From Octopus vulgaris (lineage: Eukaryota), in contig OX597820.1 of NCBI GenBank assembly GCA_951406725.2, positions 116,312,001-116,376,000 on the forward strand: a DNA stretch of 64,000 bases. The letters run 5' to 3'. Made by a program: the position numbers and the translations under genes. The notes beneath the pieces were generated by a model. It did no database searches. It was not told where the DNA came from and saw only the letters and a program-made list of their open reading frames with translations. Positions 13,033-26,331 of this stretch are shown here, one piece after another. Within the stretch, counting starts at the first letter, position 1. Every line of letters begins with the position of its first letter.

Positions 13033-13438
13033 GCTGAATCTGGAAAATGCATATTTGGCGCGATGGGGACATTTCGGTATTTTCTCACCATGCTTGTTTC
13101 CCAAATTTTCATTACTTAACAGGATGCACAAGGCTTCCTCAAGTCATAGGTCACATACGCCGGACAGTGTATTATATGGGTATGCGTTTTTTATTATTAA
13201 CCATTCTATTTCATATCTTATTTTTCCTTCCTATAATCTCCATATTAGGTCCGCTAGCGATGCTGCATGTCACCGGCTTATCTTTCAGAATGTGGAGATA
13301 TAGTTGCGATAACGGACCTTAAATTGGTTTTCAGAGGCTCCTATGTTTTTGTATTGTGGTGATTGTGCATTTATATATGATGTTTTTTTGCATGCATTGG
13401 TTTCTTAGCGGACATACTGATTTCCTGCGACAGCTGCA
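13033..13438 (-). pseudogene. Penelope-like (Neptune-type) GIY-YIG endonuclease remnant
   Basis: Minus translation CSCRRKSVCPLRNQCMQKNIIYKCTI..IGASENQFKVRYRNY..LIWRL..YEIEW..CDL*LEE..KCPHRAK, with stops and a frameshift. Confidence 0.88.
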
Positions 13439-14435
13439 ATTATTTGTACTATCATTATTTTTGCAGTTATCTGGTAACCTTTTGTTTTTGTTTGTGTGAT
13501 GTTCCGGTTGATTAGCAGTGTTCTTGATGTAGATCGTTTTGTTGATTGTTTTGAGTCTTTGTTTGAATACTATTATAACTATTGGCGTCGCTATCTATGT
13601 TTTTGGGATCCCTATTGTTTATTTTTGTTATTGTTCCTGTACCCTGTTTTGTTTTGATCGGTTTGTTTCTTGTCTGTGGTCGTTGTTCGCATGTATATTT
13701 TTTATTGTTTTATTTATGCATGTAGTACTCCATGTTGTTGGATGTGGCGTACGATACTTTCACTGTCTGCGCCTATCTAACACTGCAAGGAATTGTTTAC
13801 TTATCGTTGATGATATTTGCAATCCGAAAATTGGATTATATCACAGGACCACGGATTTTTGTATCTTTTGTTTGGTTTCTTTTGCCTTTTTTGTGCGTCG
13901 CGTTTGCTATTATTGTTATTCTTTTGGGTTCTGTTTATTTTTTCTTATCTTTCCATTGTGTCTTGAGTTTTTGTGTTTTTACAATTCCCCGCTAAAAGAT
14001 CAAAAGATCATTTCTCCCCGTGGGGTCTCCTTGCTACATTCAGACACTTGTATTTCAGACGCTTGTACAATAAAATTCTGAATATAGAACTGACTACAAC
14101 AATGACTGAAAAATACTTTCTGCCAAAAATAAACACATTTATCACAATTTCTCGCAGAACCGACGGTCACATTTCACAGAAAGCTAACGTTTAGGAAACT
14201 CTGGTATAGAGTTTCCTTTGTTAGATCTCGAGGTTGTCTCGTTGCCACAGGAAGTTCTTTATTTCCAGATATAAAACTGCAGATGGCTCTCAAGCTGAAC
14301 ATTAGGAGGGACATTGTCGCATTGTTGAGATGCGCATATTTATGTAAAGTTAGAATAATAGGTTCTCACGACGCCGCCATGGAAACAATATGGTTTTTAA
14401 AACTTCACCTAGATACAGCCTGGGAACTGCATTTC

Positions 14436-14489
14436 TATACATACATACATACATACATACATACATACATACAAATCTGTACATATACG

Positions 14490-14525
<36 letters not shown>

Positions 14526-14778
14526 TATATTCATACATACATACAAATCTGTACATATACATACACACATACATACATACATACATGCATACATACATAC
14601 ATACATACATACATACATACATACATACATACATAGAGGCATACATACACACATGCATATACATACAAGCAAAAATACCCTGTTGTTGATGTTGAAATTT
14701 CAATGACGGAGCCTTGAATCTAGGTTAGAAACCGGCTCTTTCTCTATTGACAAGAAATCTCGAAATAAAACCGAACAA

Positions 14779-14836
<58 letters not shown>
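14436..14836. repeat. (TACA)n and (CA)n microsatellites
   Basis: Direct reading. Confidence 0.93.
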
Positions 14837-14839
<3 letters not shown>

Positions 14840-15293
14840 GGGACTTGTATGCATATATATGTGAAGGTGTGTGGTTTGATGGTTAGTGTGTTCTTGTCAC
14901 GATCGGAAGGTCGTGGTTTCGATTCCCGGACCACTCAGTGTGTTGTTGTATTCTTGAGCAAAACACTTCATTTCCCATTACACTGCAATTATATCACAGC
15001 ACGCATGTGTACAAGCAATACTAACCTGATGGGGTGGGGAATGATGGTGTGGACAGCAAAAGCATCTGATCGCTGGAAGCAAACCATCTTTGAAGGTTGT
15101 CCAACAAGAAATTATGCAAATCTCATCAGTCATTTCTGCATGTATGTTTGTATACGTATGTATGTAAGTATGTTTGTATTTATATGTGTATGTGTGAGTG
15201 TGTATGTATGTATGCATGTATGTATACATGTATGTATGTATGCATATATGCGTGTGTGTGTGTGTATGCATGTATTTATGCATATATATAAGG

Positions 15294-15619
15294 AGCACTC
15301 CGTCGGTTACGACGACGAGGGGTGTCCAGCTGATCCGATCAACAGAACTGCTTGCTCGTGAAATTAATGTGCAAGTGGCTGAGCACTCCACAGACACGTG
15401 TACCCATAACGTATTTCTCAGAGAGACTCAGCGCAATACTGAGTGGGACAAGGATGGTCCTTTGTAATACAAACGCTGCTTATTTTTGCCAGCCGAGTGG
15501 ACTGGAGCAACGTTAAATAAAGTGTCTTGCTCAAGGACACAAGGCGTCACCGGGAATCGAACTCACGACCTTTACGATCGTGAGCCGAATTCCCTAACCA
15601 CTAAGCCACGCGTCTTCAC
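15294..15619 (-). mobile_element. SINE family D
   Basis: Matches 4199-4520. Confidence 0.88.
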
Positions 15620-15692
15620 ATGTACATATGTATGCATGCATGTATGTATGTTGCTGGAGCTGTTTCACTGTGCAGGTATTTAAGTTGGAAAT

Positions 15693-15931
15693 AAGGCGGT
15701 GAGCTGGCAGAAACGTTAGCGCGCCGGGCGAAATGCTTAGCGGTATTTCGTCTGTCGTTACGTTGTGAGTTCAAATTCCGCCGAGGTCGACTTTGCCTTT
15801 CATCCTTTCGGGGTCGATAAATAAAGTACCAGTTACGTACTGGGATCGATATAATCGACTGAATACCTATGTCTGTCCTTGTTTGTCCCATCTATGTTTA
15901 GCCCCTTGTGGGTAATAAAGAAATAGGTATT
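15693..15931 (+). mobile_element. SINE family A (long-tail variant)
   Basis: Family A head and core plus a TGTCCTTGTTTGTCC tail. Confidence 0.9.
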
Positions 15932-15981
15932 TAAGTTGGAATGAGCTTCGTCCCAATATTGTTTTTACCGCTTCACTCCTA

Positions 15982-16391
15982 GGCGTAGGAGTGGCTGCAT
16001 GGTAAGTAGCTTGCTTACCAACCGCAGGGTTCCGGGTTCATTCCCACTGCGTGGCACCTTGGGCAAGTGTCTTCTACTATAGCCTCGGGCCGACCAAAGC
16101 CTTGTGAGTGGATTTGGTAGACGGAAACCGAAAGAAGCCCGTCGTATATATGTATATATGTATATATATGTGTGTGCGTGTTTGTGTGTCTGTGTTTGTC
16201 CGCCCCAACATCGCTTGACAACCTGTTTACAATGCTGTTGTGTTTACGTCCCCGTAACTTAGCGGTTCGGCAAAAGAGACCGATAGAATAAGTACTAGGC
16301 TTACAAAGAATAAGTCCTGGGTTCGATTTGCTCGACTAAAAGGTGGTGCTCCAGCATGGCCACAGTCAAATGACTGAAACAAGTAAAAGAG
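15982..16391 (+). mobile_element. SINE family B
   Basis: Matches 668-1095. Confidence 0.9.
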
Positions 16392-17095
16392 TATGTATCC
16401 GATTGAAGGGTCATCTCGGGCTTTTTCATAACACCGAAGCAAATCTTGGTTTAGTTGTTGAGACCAAATAAAAATGAGAATAGAAACTTACGTCTTCTTA
16501 AATAACTGGTGAAGTGCTTTTGTTTCATCGATGTTGACGTTGTTAGTTTCATCAGTGCTGGTTTTAGGTTCAGCCAGAATCGTGTTAGCAAGATTCCACG
16601 TGCTGCAGATGTATATACTTGAAAATCGGTTCCGGATAACGCCACGTTGGTGAGTGAAAGGTGTTTCTCTTGTTAATCATTGGAGAAATAAACCAGTCAC
16701 CGATTTAGGCTCGGGAGGTCAGCATATTTGTAGAGGAATGCGTTCACAACGGGACATTTTAAAAGGTCCTCTTCCCCTGCACCTCCGATGTTCACTGCGC
16801 CATTATGTATGTATGTATGTATGTATGTATGTATGTATGTATGTATGTATGTATGTATGCGTGTATGTGTGTATGTATGTATGTGTGTGTCTGTGTCTGT
16901 ATGTATCTCTATGTATGTATGTATATATGTATATATGCATGCATGTATTATGTATGTATGTATGTATGTATGTATGTATGTATGTATGTATGTATGTATG
17001 TATGTATGTATTTGTGTGTGTGTGTGTGCAGATTTGTATGCTTTATGTATGTATCCTCATGCATATAGTTGCATATCTAGACATGCTCTTTATAT

Positions 17096-17735
17096 TTAAA
17101 TGATAAACTTCTGGAAAGTTTTACAGATTTTTACAGTTCCAGTGATGGATTGGATCTGTAGTCTTCGAATTAGCTTTCTCCTTTCTGGTTTTAAGAAGCC
17201 TAATTTCTCAAGATTGGTATTTAGGCAGTGTGTTACATATCCCAGGGCTCCAATAATTACAGGTATAAATATGAACTTGTAATCTGGATAGAATAACAGC
17301 AGATTTCTCAATAGTTCATTATAGGTGTTCTCTTTTCCACTGATCTTCAGCTTTATTTTAACATCCGCTGGACAACTAATTTCCATAACTGTGCACAGTT
17401 TCTCTTGTCTATCCCAAATCAGGTCCGTTGTGCTTACATTTTATTGAGGTCTTCATTGGTACATTCCATCACTATTCCTTTTTATTATTATGAGTGGCTA
17501 TGGCTTCTACCATATTGTGGGGTTCTTATTTCTTTGTCCTCGAGATTATCCTTCCGACGATTTCATTATAGAGTGTCCTAGCTACAGCATCATGTCTCAT
17601 CGATAGATAATACCATGATGACATTTTCGGACAAATGCTTATGATGTGGGTCATTCTAAGGCTTTTCCCGCATATCTATCCCTTTTGTGCATCAGGTACT
17701 TGGTTGATATTTCCTGTTTCTGGATTGCAAACACA
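17096..17735 (-). mobile_element. Non-LTR retrotransposon 3' fragment with restriction-like endonuclease (R4/NeSL-like)
   Basis: HIISICPKMS..RHDAVA (CCHC remnant), EISCP..KENTY and IPVIIGALG motifs. Confidence 0.85.
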
Positions 17736-17950
17736 TGTCCTTCAAAGCGGGAGGTAGTAATCCGGCTATTCGTCCATGATAAACTGCTTTGATGATCGAT
17801 GTTACTATTATTACGAAGCTTTCTACTAACATGTATGTATGTATGTATGTATGTATGTATGTATGTATGTATGTATGTATGTATGTATGTATGTATGTAT
17901 GCACATAAAGGTATAAATAGATGTATGTATGAACATGGAGGTATAAATAT

Positions 17951-18604
17951 AAGGCGGCGAGTTGGCAGAAACGTTAGCTCGCCGGGCGAAATGCTTTGCG
18001 GTGTTTCGTCTGTCGTTACGTTTTGAGTTCAAATTCCGCCGAGGTCGACTTTGCCTTTCATCCTTTCGGGGTCGATTAAATAAGTACCAGTTACGCACTG
18101 GGGTCGATATAATCGACTTAATCCGTTTGTCTGTCCTTGTTTGTCCTCTCTGTGTTTAGCCCCTTGTGGGTAATAAAGAAATAGGTATTTCGTTTGCCGT
18201 TACGTTCTGAGTTCAAATTCCACTGAGGTCGACTTTGCTTTCATCCTTTCGGGGTCGATAGATTAAGTCCCAGTTGCGTACTGGGGTCGATGTAATCGAC
18301 TGGTTCCCTTCCCAAAAATTTCGGGCCTTGTGCCTAAAGTAGAAAAGATTATTTTTGTCCTTCATCTTTTGTCTTTCTCGTGAAAAGCAGATAAAGGTGG
18401 AAAGCTGGCAGACTCGTTAGCACGCCGGCCGACACGCTTAGCGGTATTTCGTCTGCCCCTACGTTCTGAGTTCAAATTCCACCGAAGTCGACTTTGCCTT
18501 TTATCCTTTTGGGGTCGATACATTTAATACCAGTTGCGTACTGGAGTCGATCTAATTGACTGTCCCCTCCCCCCAAATTTCAGGCCTTGTGCCTATAATA
18601 GAGA
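17951..18604 (+). mobile_element. Family A SINE dimer (17951-18350) plus a monomer (18394-18604)
   Basis: The core motif is repeated three times. Confidence 0.9.
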
Positions 18605-19053
18605 GGCTACTTCAAAAGCACGTATAATTGCTACAATTACTTTTATTCAATCTTATAATCTGTTTACGGGAATACTTTTCTTTATATTATGTTGTCAAAG
18701 AAAGTATATGAGTATGACTTTCTTGTTTCAGTGAAGATTTGGTCTTTCTTAATTCTTTCCAACCACCGGAATATTTCCCAATTTATTACGTTGATGTAGT
18801 TTTGCGTACGAAAATCACATTCATTTTTGTCTACAACTTAACAATAAAAATGTTACAAGCCTCTCAGAATTATGTGATGTTAGCTAATCGGAAAAATCCA
18901 TTGCCGACATACCAGAAGTCGTTTCCATGGGAACAAATTTAACATTATGTGACTCGATGTGCGTGCGTATGTGTGTGGGAACGTGACATATAGTTACGTG
19001 AGTGTCGATGCTTCTGGTTTTATATTTTAGCTTTGTATACAGGCGTGGCTTTA

Positions 19054-19215
19054 GGCGCAGGCGTGGGTGTGTGGTAAGAAGCTTGCTTCCCAACCACATG
19101 GTTCCGGGTTCAGTCACACTGCATGGTACCTTGGCAAATGTCTTCTACTATAGCCTCGGGCTGACCAAAGCCTTGTGAGTGGATTTGATAGACGGAAACT
19201 GAAAGAAACCCGTCG

Positions 19216-19246
<31 letters not shown>

Positions 19247-19620
19247 GTATGTGTGTGCGTGTGTCTGTGTTTTCAAGAAGTTACAAAACTGCTAAAATCG
19301 GCAGTGAATTTTAATTCTCCTGTGCAGATATGTGTGCATAAGACTATTAAATTATTGCACAGGGGTTCCCCGAACCAGTGGAATGTTTGCTTGGGCTTCC
19401 GCTCCAGCAAAAAGTTTGAAAAGCACTGGTCCACCGACCATCGCTTGACAACCGATGTTGGTGTGTTTACGTCCCCGTAGCATTAACGGTTCGGCAAAAG
19501 TGACCGTTAGAATAAGTACTAGGTTTGCAAAGAATAAGTCCTCGGGTTTTTCGTTCGACTAAAGGCAGTGATCTAGCATGGCCGCAGTCAAATGACTGAA
19601 ACAAATAAAATGAAAATAAA
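19054..19620 (+). mobile_element. SINE family B interrupted by a ~160-bp insertion (~19273-19432)
   Basis: 5' and 3' halves match family B. The insert ends AAAAGTTTGAAAAGCACTG (DNA-transposon-like end). Confidence 0.82.
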
Positions 19621-19918
19621 ATGTAATATCTATAGACCTAGTTATTGATACTTAAAGTCAATAGTTCAGCATAGATTGACCGAGGTACCAAGGACCCATG
19701 TCCTCTATATCGACCGTTTAACGAAAGCTTTAAAATACAAAGAAAAGAACTAAACAATGGTCAGTTTATCTTGTATTTGGACTGCGGCCATGCGGGAGCA
19801 ACGCCTTGGAGAGTTTTAGCTGGACAAATCGACTTTGATACTTATTTATTATTTAAGTCTTTTATTTATTTTGTCGGCCATTTTTGCCGGTCGCCCAGCA
19901 GTGAGGGGGGGGGGGACA

Positions 19919-20345
19919 AACACAAAGGCACACACACACACACACATGCGCGCACACACACACAGACATACACACACACACACACTTGCATACACAGACA
20001 CAAAGACACAAAGACACAAAGACACATACACACACACACACACATGCGCGCACATACATGCGCGCACACACACACAGACACACACACACACACAGACACA
20101 CACACATACAGAGACAGACACACACACACACTTGCATACACAGACATACAGACACAGAGAGACATACACACACACATGCACACAGACACAAACACACACA
20201 CACACGCGCGCGCACACAGACACACGCATTTGCATACACAGACACACACACAGACACACAGACACAGAGAAAAAACACCCACACCCACACCCACGCACAC
20301 ACATACCCACGCGCGCACACACTCACGGACACACTCAAAAATGCA
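19919..20345. repeat. Degenerate (CA)n tract
   Basis: Direct reading. Confidence 0.93.
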
Positions 20346-20726
20346 TACACCCACGTGTTGTAGGTTTCGAGGTTAAACTTCTTTCACAGTCTTACTCAGG
20401 TGAACATTGACAAATTGTCGAAGCGATAACGACTGATCTGTGCGTGGACACTTGACGAACGAGAGCCTCTTGTAAACACGGCTCAAAGTACACTTAGAAT
20501 TGGTGGATGGTCATTAAGGCTTAGCAGAGTGGCAAGAGAAGAATGGAGGAGAGGAATTTAAAGATATCACTGACTGAGGAACGAAAAAGGCAGCGAGGGA
20601 GGGAGGGAGGGAAAAAAGAAATGGGGTGTGTGTGAGTGATAGATGTACTGAACTACTTTCTGATAACGATTCCTATCTCTTTGACTGATGTACATACATA
20701 CATACATACATACATACAACTCTCTC

Positions 20727-21099
20727 TCTTTTACTCTTTTACTTGTTTCAGTCATTTGACTGCGGCCATGCTGGAGCACCGCCTTTAGTCTAGCAAATCG
20801 ACCCCGGGACTTATACTTTGTAAGCCCACTACTTATTCTATCGGTCTCATTTTGCCGAACCGCTATGTGACGGGGACGTAAACATACCAGCATCGGTTGT
20901 CAGGAAATGCTAGGGGGACAAACACAGACACACAAACACGTACACACACATATATATACATATACATATATACGACAGGCTTCTTTCAGTTTCCGTCTAC
21001 CAAATCCATTCACAAGGCATTGGTCGGCCCGGGGCTATAGCAGAAGACACTTGCCCAAGATGCCACGCAGTGGGACTGAACCCGGAACCATGTGGCTGG
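20727..21099 (-). mobile_element. SINE family B
   Basis: Reverse complement of family B, 5'-truncated at (TATG)n. Confidence 0.9.
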
Positions 21100-21298
21100 T
21101 TATGTATGTATGTATGTATGTATGTATGTATGTATGTATGTATGTATGTATGTATGTATGTATGTATGTATGTATGTATGTATGTATGTATGTGTGTATG
21201 TATGTACGTACGTATGCCTGCCTGCATGCATGTATGTATGTATGTATGTATGTATGTATGTATGTATGTATGTATGTATGTATGTACGTATGTATGTA

Positions 21299-21678
21299 GT
21301 GGAGGCGCAATGGCCCAGTGGTTAGGGCAGCGGACTCGCGGTCATAGGATCGCGGTTTCGATTCCCAGACCGGGCGTTGTGAGTGTTTATTGAGCGAAAA
21401 CACCTAAAGCTCCACGAGGCTCCGGCAGGGGATGGTGGTGATCCCTGCTGTACTCTTTCATCACAACTTCCTCTCACTGTTTCTTCTTGTTTCTGTTGTA
21501 CCTGTATTTCAAGGGGCCGGCCTTGTCACTCACTGTGTCACGCTGAATATCCCCGAGAACTACGTTAAGGCTACACGTGTCTGTGGAGTGCTCAGCCATT
21601 TACACATTAATTTCACGAGCAGGCTGTTCCGTTGATTCGGATCAACCGGAACCCTCGTCGTCGAAACCGACGGAGTGC
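21299..21678 (+). mobile_element. SINE family C, full length
   Basis: TGGCCCAGTGGTTAGG A box and GGTTTCGATTCC B box. Confidence 0.9.
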
Positions 21679-21715
21679 TTCCATCCCATGTATGTATATA
21701 TATATATATATATAT

Positions 21716-21749
<34 letters not shown>

Positions 21750-22059
21750 TGGTCTGCTCGCTTAGCCAGCGGGGTGGCGTCATTTGAAGGCTAAAACAAT
21801 GCGAAGTGCATTGTGACCAACGATGTGTAGCAACATCTGATAGCCTGGTCGGTCAAGGTGATATATATATATATAATTGAATTAATAATAATATACATAT
21901 GTATATAATTACATTAAGAAGGGAGCAAGGGCGAAAACGACCTATCTTCAACATGCTAGAAGTGCCGAGACCTTCAAAAGACCACCAAAAAATCCAGATA
22001 AATATACACATGGCCGAAAGCAGGCTAGTCAAAGAATAGTAAAAAGATCTCACGTTAAA

Positions 22060-22121
22060 TGTGAATTGGTTCCAATTTTCGGATGAAAACCATAAACAGA
22101 CTTACTTCCTTCGTCAACACA
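22060..22121 (-). ncRNA. Type I hammerhead-like motif (degenerate)
   Basis: Minus: ugug-UUGACGA-a-gga...ucc-GAAA-auugg-aa-ccaau-U-caca. The register at the cleavage site is ambiguous by one nucleotide. Confidence 0.45.
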
Positions 22122-22263
22122 ATACACGGAGAGACATAAATAGAAATAATTGTACATACCGTACAAAGGAGATTGACACGTCTACATACAACTATTTGCA
22201 CGTATAGATCCAAGATAAGGGAATTTAAAATCCCCTCACGACAGCCACGTGTATTCTTATAAT

Positions 22264-22334
<71 letters not shown>

Positions 22335-22503
22335 CAAATAAAAAAATGGGGAAACAAATTTAGTTTGTTCAACTTTCGGATATTAAAATGTTGAATTATT
22401 TGTTCATTTAACAAAATGAGAACCTTGATAGCATACATATATATCTTATAATTCAATACATATAAGATAAGAATACAAATTATAAATTATTGAAATCATT
22501 AAA

Positions 22504-22645
22504 ATCACTTCTTACAGCTGTTTCAGCCTATGGTTAAAAGTAGTTATTTTAATTTTTATTGTCTATAGTTGTCAATATATTGAGGTTGTAGGAATTTAAA
22601 AATAGGGTACTTATATATATAACCACAGGCTTCGTCAGAGGTTAT
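22504..22645 (-). ncRNA. Type I hammerhead ribozyme motif with a long helix II loop
   Basis: CUGACGA, 12-bp helix II agccugugguua/uaaccauaggcu, and GAAACAGCUGUA with palindromic helix III. Helix I is weak. Confidence 0.65.
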
Positions 22646-22657
22646 ATGGAACTTTAA

Positions 22658-22689
<32 letters not shown>

Positions 22690-22791
22690 TACATATTGAT
22701 ATATTTGGTTTAAATGATGCAAAAAGCGACGACACCGTTGAGGGAACAAGAAACAAGATATATTAGTTTGACGCTCAAGAAAAATAGAAGT

Positions 22792-22827
22792 CTTTGACGT
22801 TTCGAGCCGACGCTCTTCTGCAAAAAG
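22792..22827 (-). ncRNA. Degenerate minimal hammerhead-like motif
   Basis: cuuu-UUGCAGA-a-gagc-gucg-gcuc-GAAACGUC-aaag; homologue at 37827-37862. Confidence 0.4.
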
Positions 22828-22929
22828 GAATGAAGAGAGAAAAGATGGAAAGATGTACAAAACAGAAATCAGATCTGAGCTAGAAAGTTACACCTTTGTT
22901 ATCAACTAACAAGATAATAACTACTGAAA

Positions 22930-23215
22930 ACCTGATCAACAAGAGAGGTTAGAATGCTTCTAGATATCAACTTTGTGATAAAAACTGTCGATTGTGACAT
23001 ACCAGTATGGCGGCAAGTATCCTTCATATCAACAGGAACTGTCCAAAAATGTCTGCAAGGCACCATCTTCCCATGCAATATGACGTTGTTGCTAAGATGG
23101 TCTACGATGCTATGAGCAGGAAGCATTGTCTAGACGGCTAAATCGTTATTTGTAAACGAGAATGTATCCCGGAGCTTGGCAGACATGCAGCTCATATCCA
23201 AATCTTCAGTGATAA
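22930..23215 (+). mobile_element. RLE-type LINE fragment (CCHC region), related to 17096-17735
   Basis: CDKNCRL*..LHINRNCPKMSARHHLPMQYDVVAK. Confidence 0.65.
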
Positions 23216-23224
23216 TGGACTGAA

Positions 23225-23696
23225 CTGAACCGTAACTAATCTGCACATCCTCTTATTACTCACGGATGGTGATCCGACGATTTCCCCTCTCAGCTGCACG
23301 CTCATCTGCAATGTTTTTCTCAGTTCTGCTAGTTGAGGGTCTCCCAGAACATTCGTCGATATCGACATTTTTTCGGTCATCTTGGAAACGTCTGAACCAT
23401 TCGTACACTTGTGTGCCGCTCATACACTCCTCTCCATACGCTTTCTGCCACTTTGCATAGGCCTCTGAGCAGGTATCGCCATGACAACTTTCTCTATCAT
23501 GGTCAATGCGATAATCACACTCTACACACCTTCCTTCCAAGCACTGCTGTAAACAGCGAAAGTGAGCTAGAACGTTCAAACTTAGTGCGCATGCACAGCA
23601 GAATCGAATGTCAATCTTTGCCAAGCGGCTTTACTTTGTGTTCTTTAGCTTCGTTACTAGGGTAAGTGTCCGGATACTTATTGACCAGACCTCGTA
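23225..23696 (-). mobile_element. mariner 5' fragment (HTH region)
   Basis: TIR-like TACGAGGTCTGGTCAATAAGTATCCGG; KAYGEECMSGTQVYEWFRRF..SGRPSTSRTE. Confidence 0.88.
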
Positions 23697-24241
23697 GGTA
23701 GAGTCGCATGTATGCATACACATATATACACACACCGACCAGTCTTCGAAATAACTTAGCACTTTTAAGATATTTCTCTTATTCAGAATATGCTTACTGG
23801 TCTTTTGCAACAGTCATTTTAAGAAAACACATCAGAGCAAAACCCTTAAGGTTTGGAGTTGGTCTTCTAGCTTTTGAATCTGATATCTCTGATACCCTTG
23901 TTCTTTTAGAAAATACCCGAAACTACTCTTAGTTCAAATGATTTTATCTCGGTGAGTGGATGTCTTGTGTCTTGCCTCAACACATAAGAATAGAAACAAT
24001 TCTTTTGCTTATCAATTCTTAACACCCCACTGAATCTTGCTGCTACCACTTAGACAATACTTTCAAAGTGGGTTTTAACAACTGCGTTAACCTGTTGTTT
24101 GAATCTTAGCTTATTCACACTCTGCATTTGTACAATTGCCACAATTATGTGTAAAGAACCGATAGTGAGTTAATGATTTCGACAATGTCGTTATTAAATC
24201 ATTTTTAAACAAAATCGTTATTAAATCATTCCAGTTTAGCT

Positions 24242-24716
24242 TATGTTTTGCGAAGTACTCTTATGATATGTTTTGTGAAGTACCCTTATAATATGTTTTG
24301 TGAAGTACCCTTATAATATGTTTTGTGAAGTACCCTTATAACATGTTTTGCGAAGTACCCTTATAATATGTTTTGTGAAGTACCCTTATAATATGTTTTG
24401 TGAAGTACCCTTATAACATGTTTTGTGAAGTACCCTTATAATATATTTTGTGAAGTACCCTTATAACATGTTTTGTGAAGCACCCTTATAATATGTTTTG
24501 TGAAGTACCCTTATAACATGTTTTGTGAAGTACCCTTATAATATATTTTGTGAAGTACCCTTATAACATGTTTTGTGAAGTACCCTTATAATATGTTTTG
24601 TGAAGTACCCTTATAACATGTTTTGCGAAGTACCCTTATAACATGTTTTGTGAAGTACCCTTATAATATGTTTTGTGAAGTACCCTTATAACATGTTTTG
24701 TGAAGTACCCTTATAA
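24242..24716. repeat. 25-bp minisatellite, ~19 copies
   Basis: Unit YATGTTTTGTGAAGTACCCTTATAA with few variants. Confidence 0.97.
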
Positions 24717-24811
24717 TATATATATAATGCCACTTGTATTTGAACACTATACAAATATTCTTTAAAAAAACATTTTCTTTTAATTTTTCTAAATTTAATT
24801 ATTTAATTGTT

Positions 24812-24849
24812 ACAGTTGAAAAAGTCTCAATGACTGAAACCGGTACTGA
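24812..24849 (+). ncRNA. Minimal type I hammerhead-like motif, U3-A8 variant
   Basis: cag-UUGAAAA-aguc-ucaau-gacu-GAAACCGGUA-cug. Confidence 0.55.
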
Positions 24850-24901
24850 AATGTTCTTTATAAAATTATTTTAGCATTTTCTATCTTGACTTTTTTCCAT
24901 A

Positions 24902-24969
<68 letters not shown>

Positions 24970-25409
24970 TTTCCCAGCGGATGAATAAGAAAGAAATCTT
25001 TTGAAATTACCGAGTTCATCAAATAGGTACACCTTGAATGAATATATTTAGAAAATAATTCTCTGGTAAAGCAGTTTGCTTCGTTATCACATGTTCGAAA
25101 GTTATTACATGTAGAAAGCTATTGTTGTACTTCAGTAGCTTCAATATTCTCTGGTGAATCAGATATATGGCATAGACAATTAGTTGGAATTTATAGACGA
25201 ACATTATAATTATCAGTTTCATCTTTTTTTCTGTGTACATTGAAACACGAGATTCACATCTCAAATGCTTAAAGACAGGAATTTAATAGAAAAGACGTGG
25301 GATCTTTTTAAATTCATTCCAAACACCAGAATTTTCTCAAATTATCTACACTTATATAGGTTCGTATGTTGACGAAAATCACATTTGTTTTCTCCAGAAA
25401 TAAGTAAAC

Positions 25410-25622
25410 CTTTCTTCTATCGACGCAAGGCCTAAAGTCATGGGGTTGGAGGGGTTTAGTCGATTATATCGACCCGAGTGCTTGACTTCTGCTTCTTTAA
25501 TCGACTCTGGGGATGAAAGGCAAAGTCGACCTCGGCGAAATTTGAACTCAGAGCGTAAAAACGGACGAAATGCCGCTAAGCATTTTGTCCGGGTGCTAAC
25601 AGTTCTGCTAGCTCGTTGCCCT
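25410..25622 (-). mobile_element. SINE family A (diverged)
   Basis: Core motif on the minus strand. Confidence 0.85.
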
Positions 25623-25764
25623 TTCTCTAGAAATTTATGAGGGAAAAGTTACAAGTCTATGAGATTATATAATTTTAGCCAATCGAAACATCCCTTGTCA
25701 GCATACCGGAAGTCGCAATTGTCTGTTTCCATGGAAACATTCTTAAAGTTATGAGATTAAATTA

Positions 25765-26331
25765 TTGGGTTGTCCGGAAAGTTCGTGCCGATTTATAGTA
25801 GCATACATTTCGACTTATTTTAGAACATGGTTGAGTCCATAAAATAGGATTTGACTACGCCTCCATTTAGAGCACAGTTTAAGCTATCTTTTCGTGGAAG
25901 AAGGTTTATGTTCCTATAACCTGTGTTAATTCTGTGACCTTTTAAAATGGAAGATAAGAAAGTTCATTTTCGGCACTTGATGCTTTGGGAACCAGACAAA
26001 GATTGCTGCAGCTCAAGCTGGGATGTGTTACCCCACCCTCCATATTCATCAGATATTGCTCCTTCGGATTTCCACTTATTCAGGTCTCTGCAGAATAGTC
26101 TTAATGGTAAAAATTTCAATTCCTTGGATGACGAAAAAAGATACCTTGATAAATTCTTTGCCATGAAACCACCTCAATTCTGGGAAGAGGGTATTTTCAA
26201 GTTAAAGGAAAGATGGAGACACATTGTGCAACAAAATGGTTCATATTTGGTTGATTAAAAATGTAATGATAAGTATTTATTGACCATTTTCTTTCCTTTA
26301 AAAATCGGCACAAACTTTCCGGACAACCCAA
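25765..26331 (+). mobile_element. Internally deleted mariner element
   Basis: TA TSD, ~30-bp TIRs TTGGGTTGTCCGGAAAGTT...; ORF 25947-26258 contains HPPYSSDIAPSDFHLFRSLQ. Confidence 0.95.

Noticed and set aside
16492-16603. Possible minus-strand exon with GTAAGT donor
   Set aside because: Weak acceptor, unrecognisable peptide, and no partner exons identified.
21299-21375. tRNA gene (also other A/B-box heads)
   Set aside because: Runs directly into a multicopy SINE body; no complete cloverleaf or terminator seen.
24242-24716. CRISPR array
   Set aside because: Contiguous tandem units with no unique spacers.
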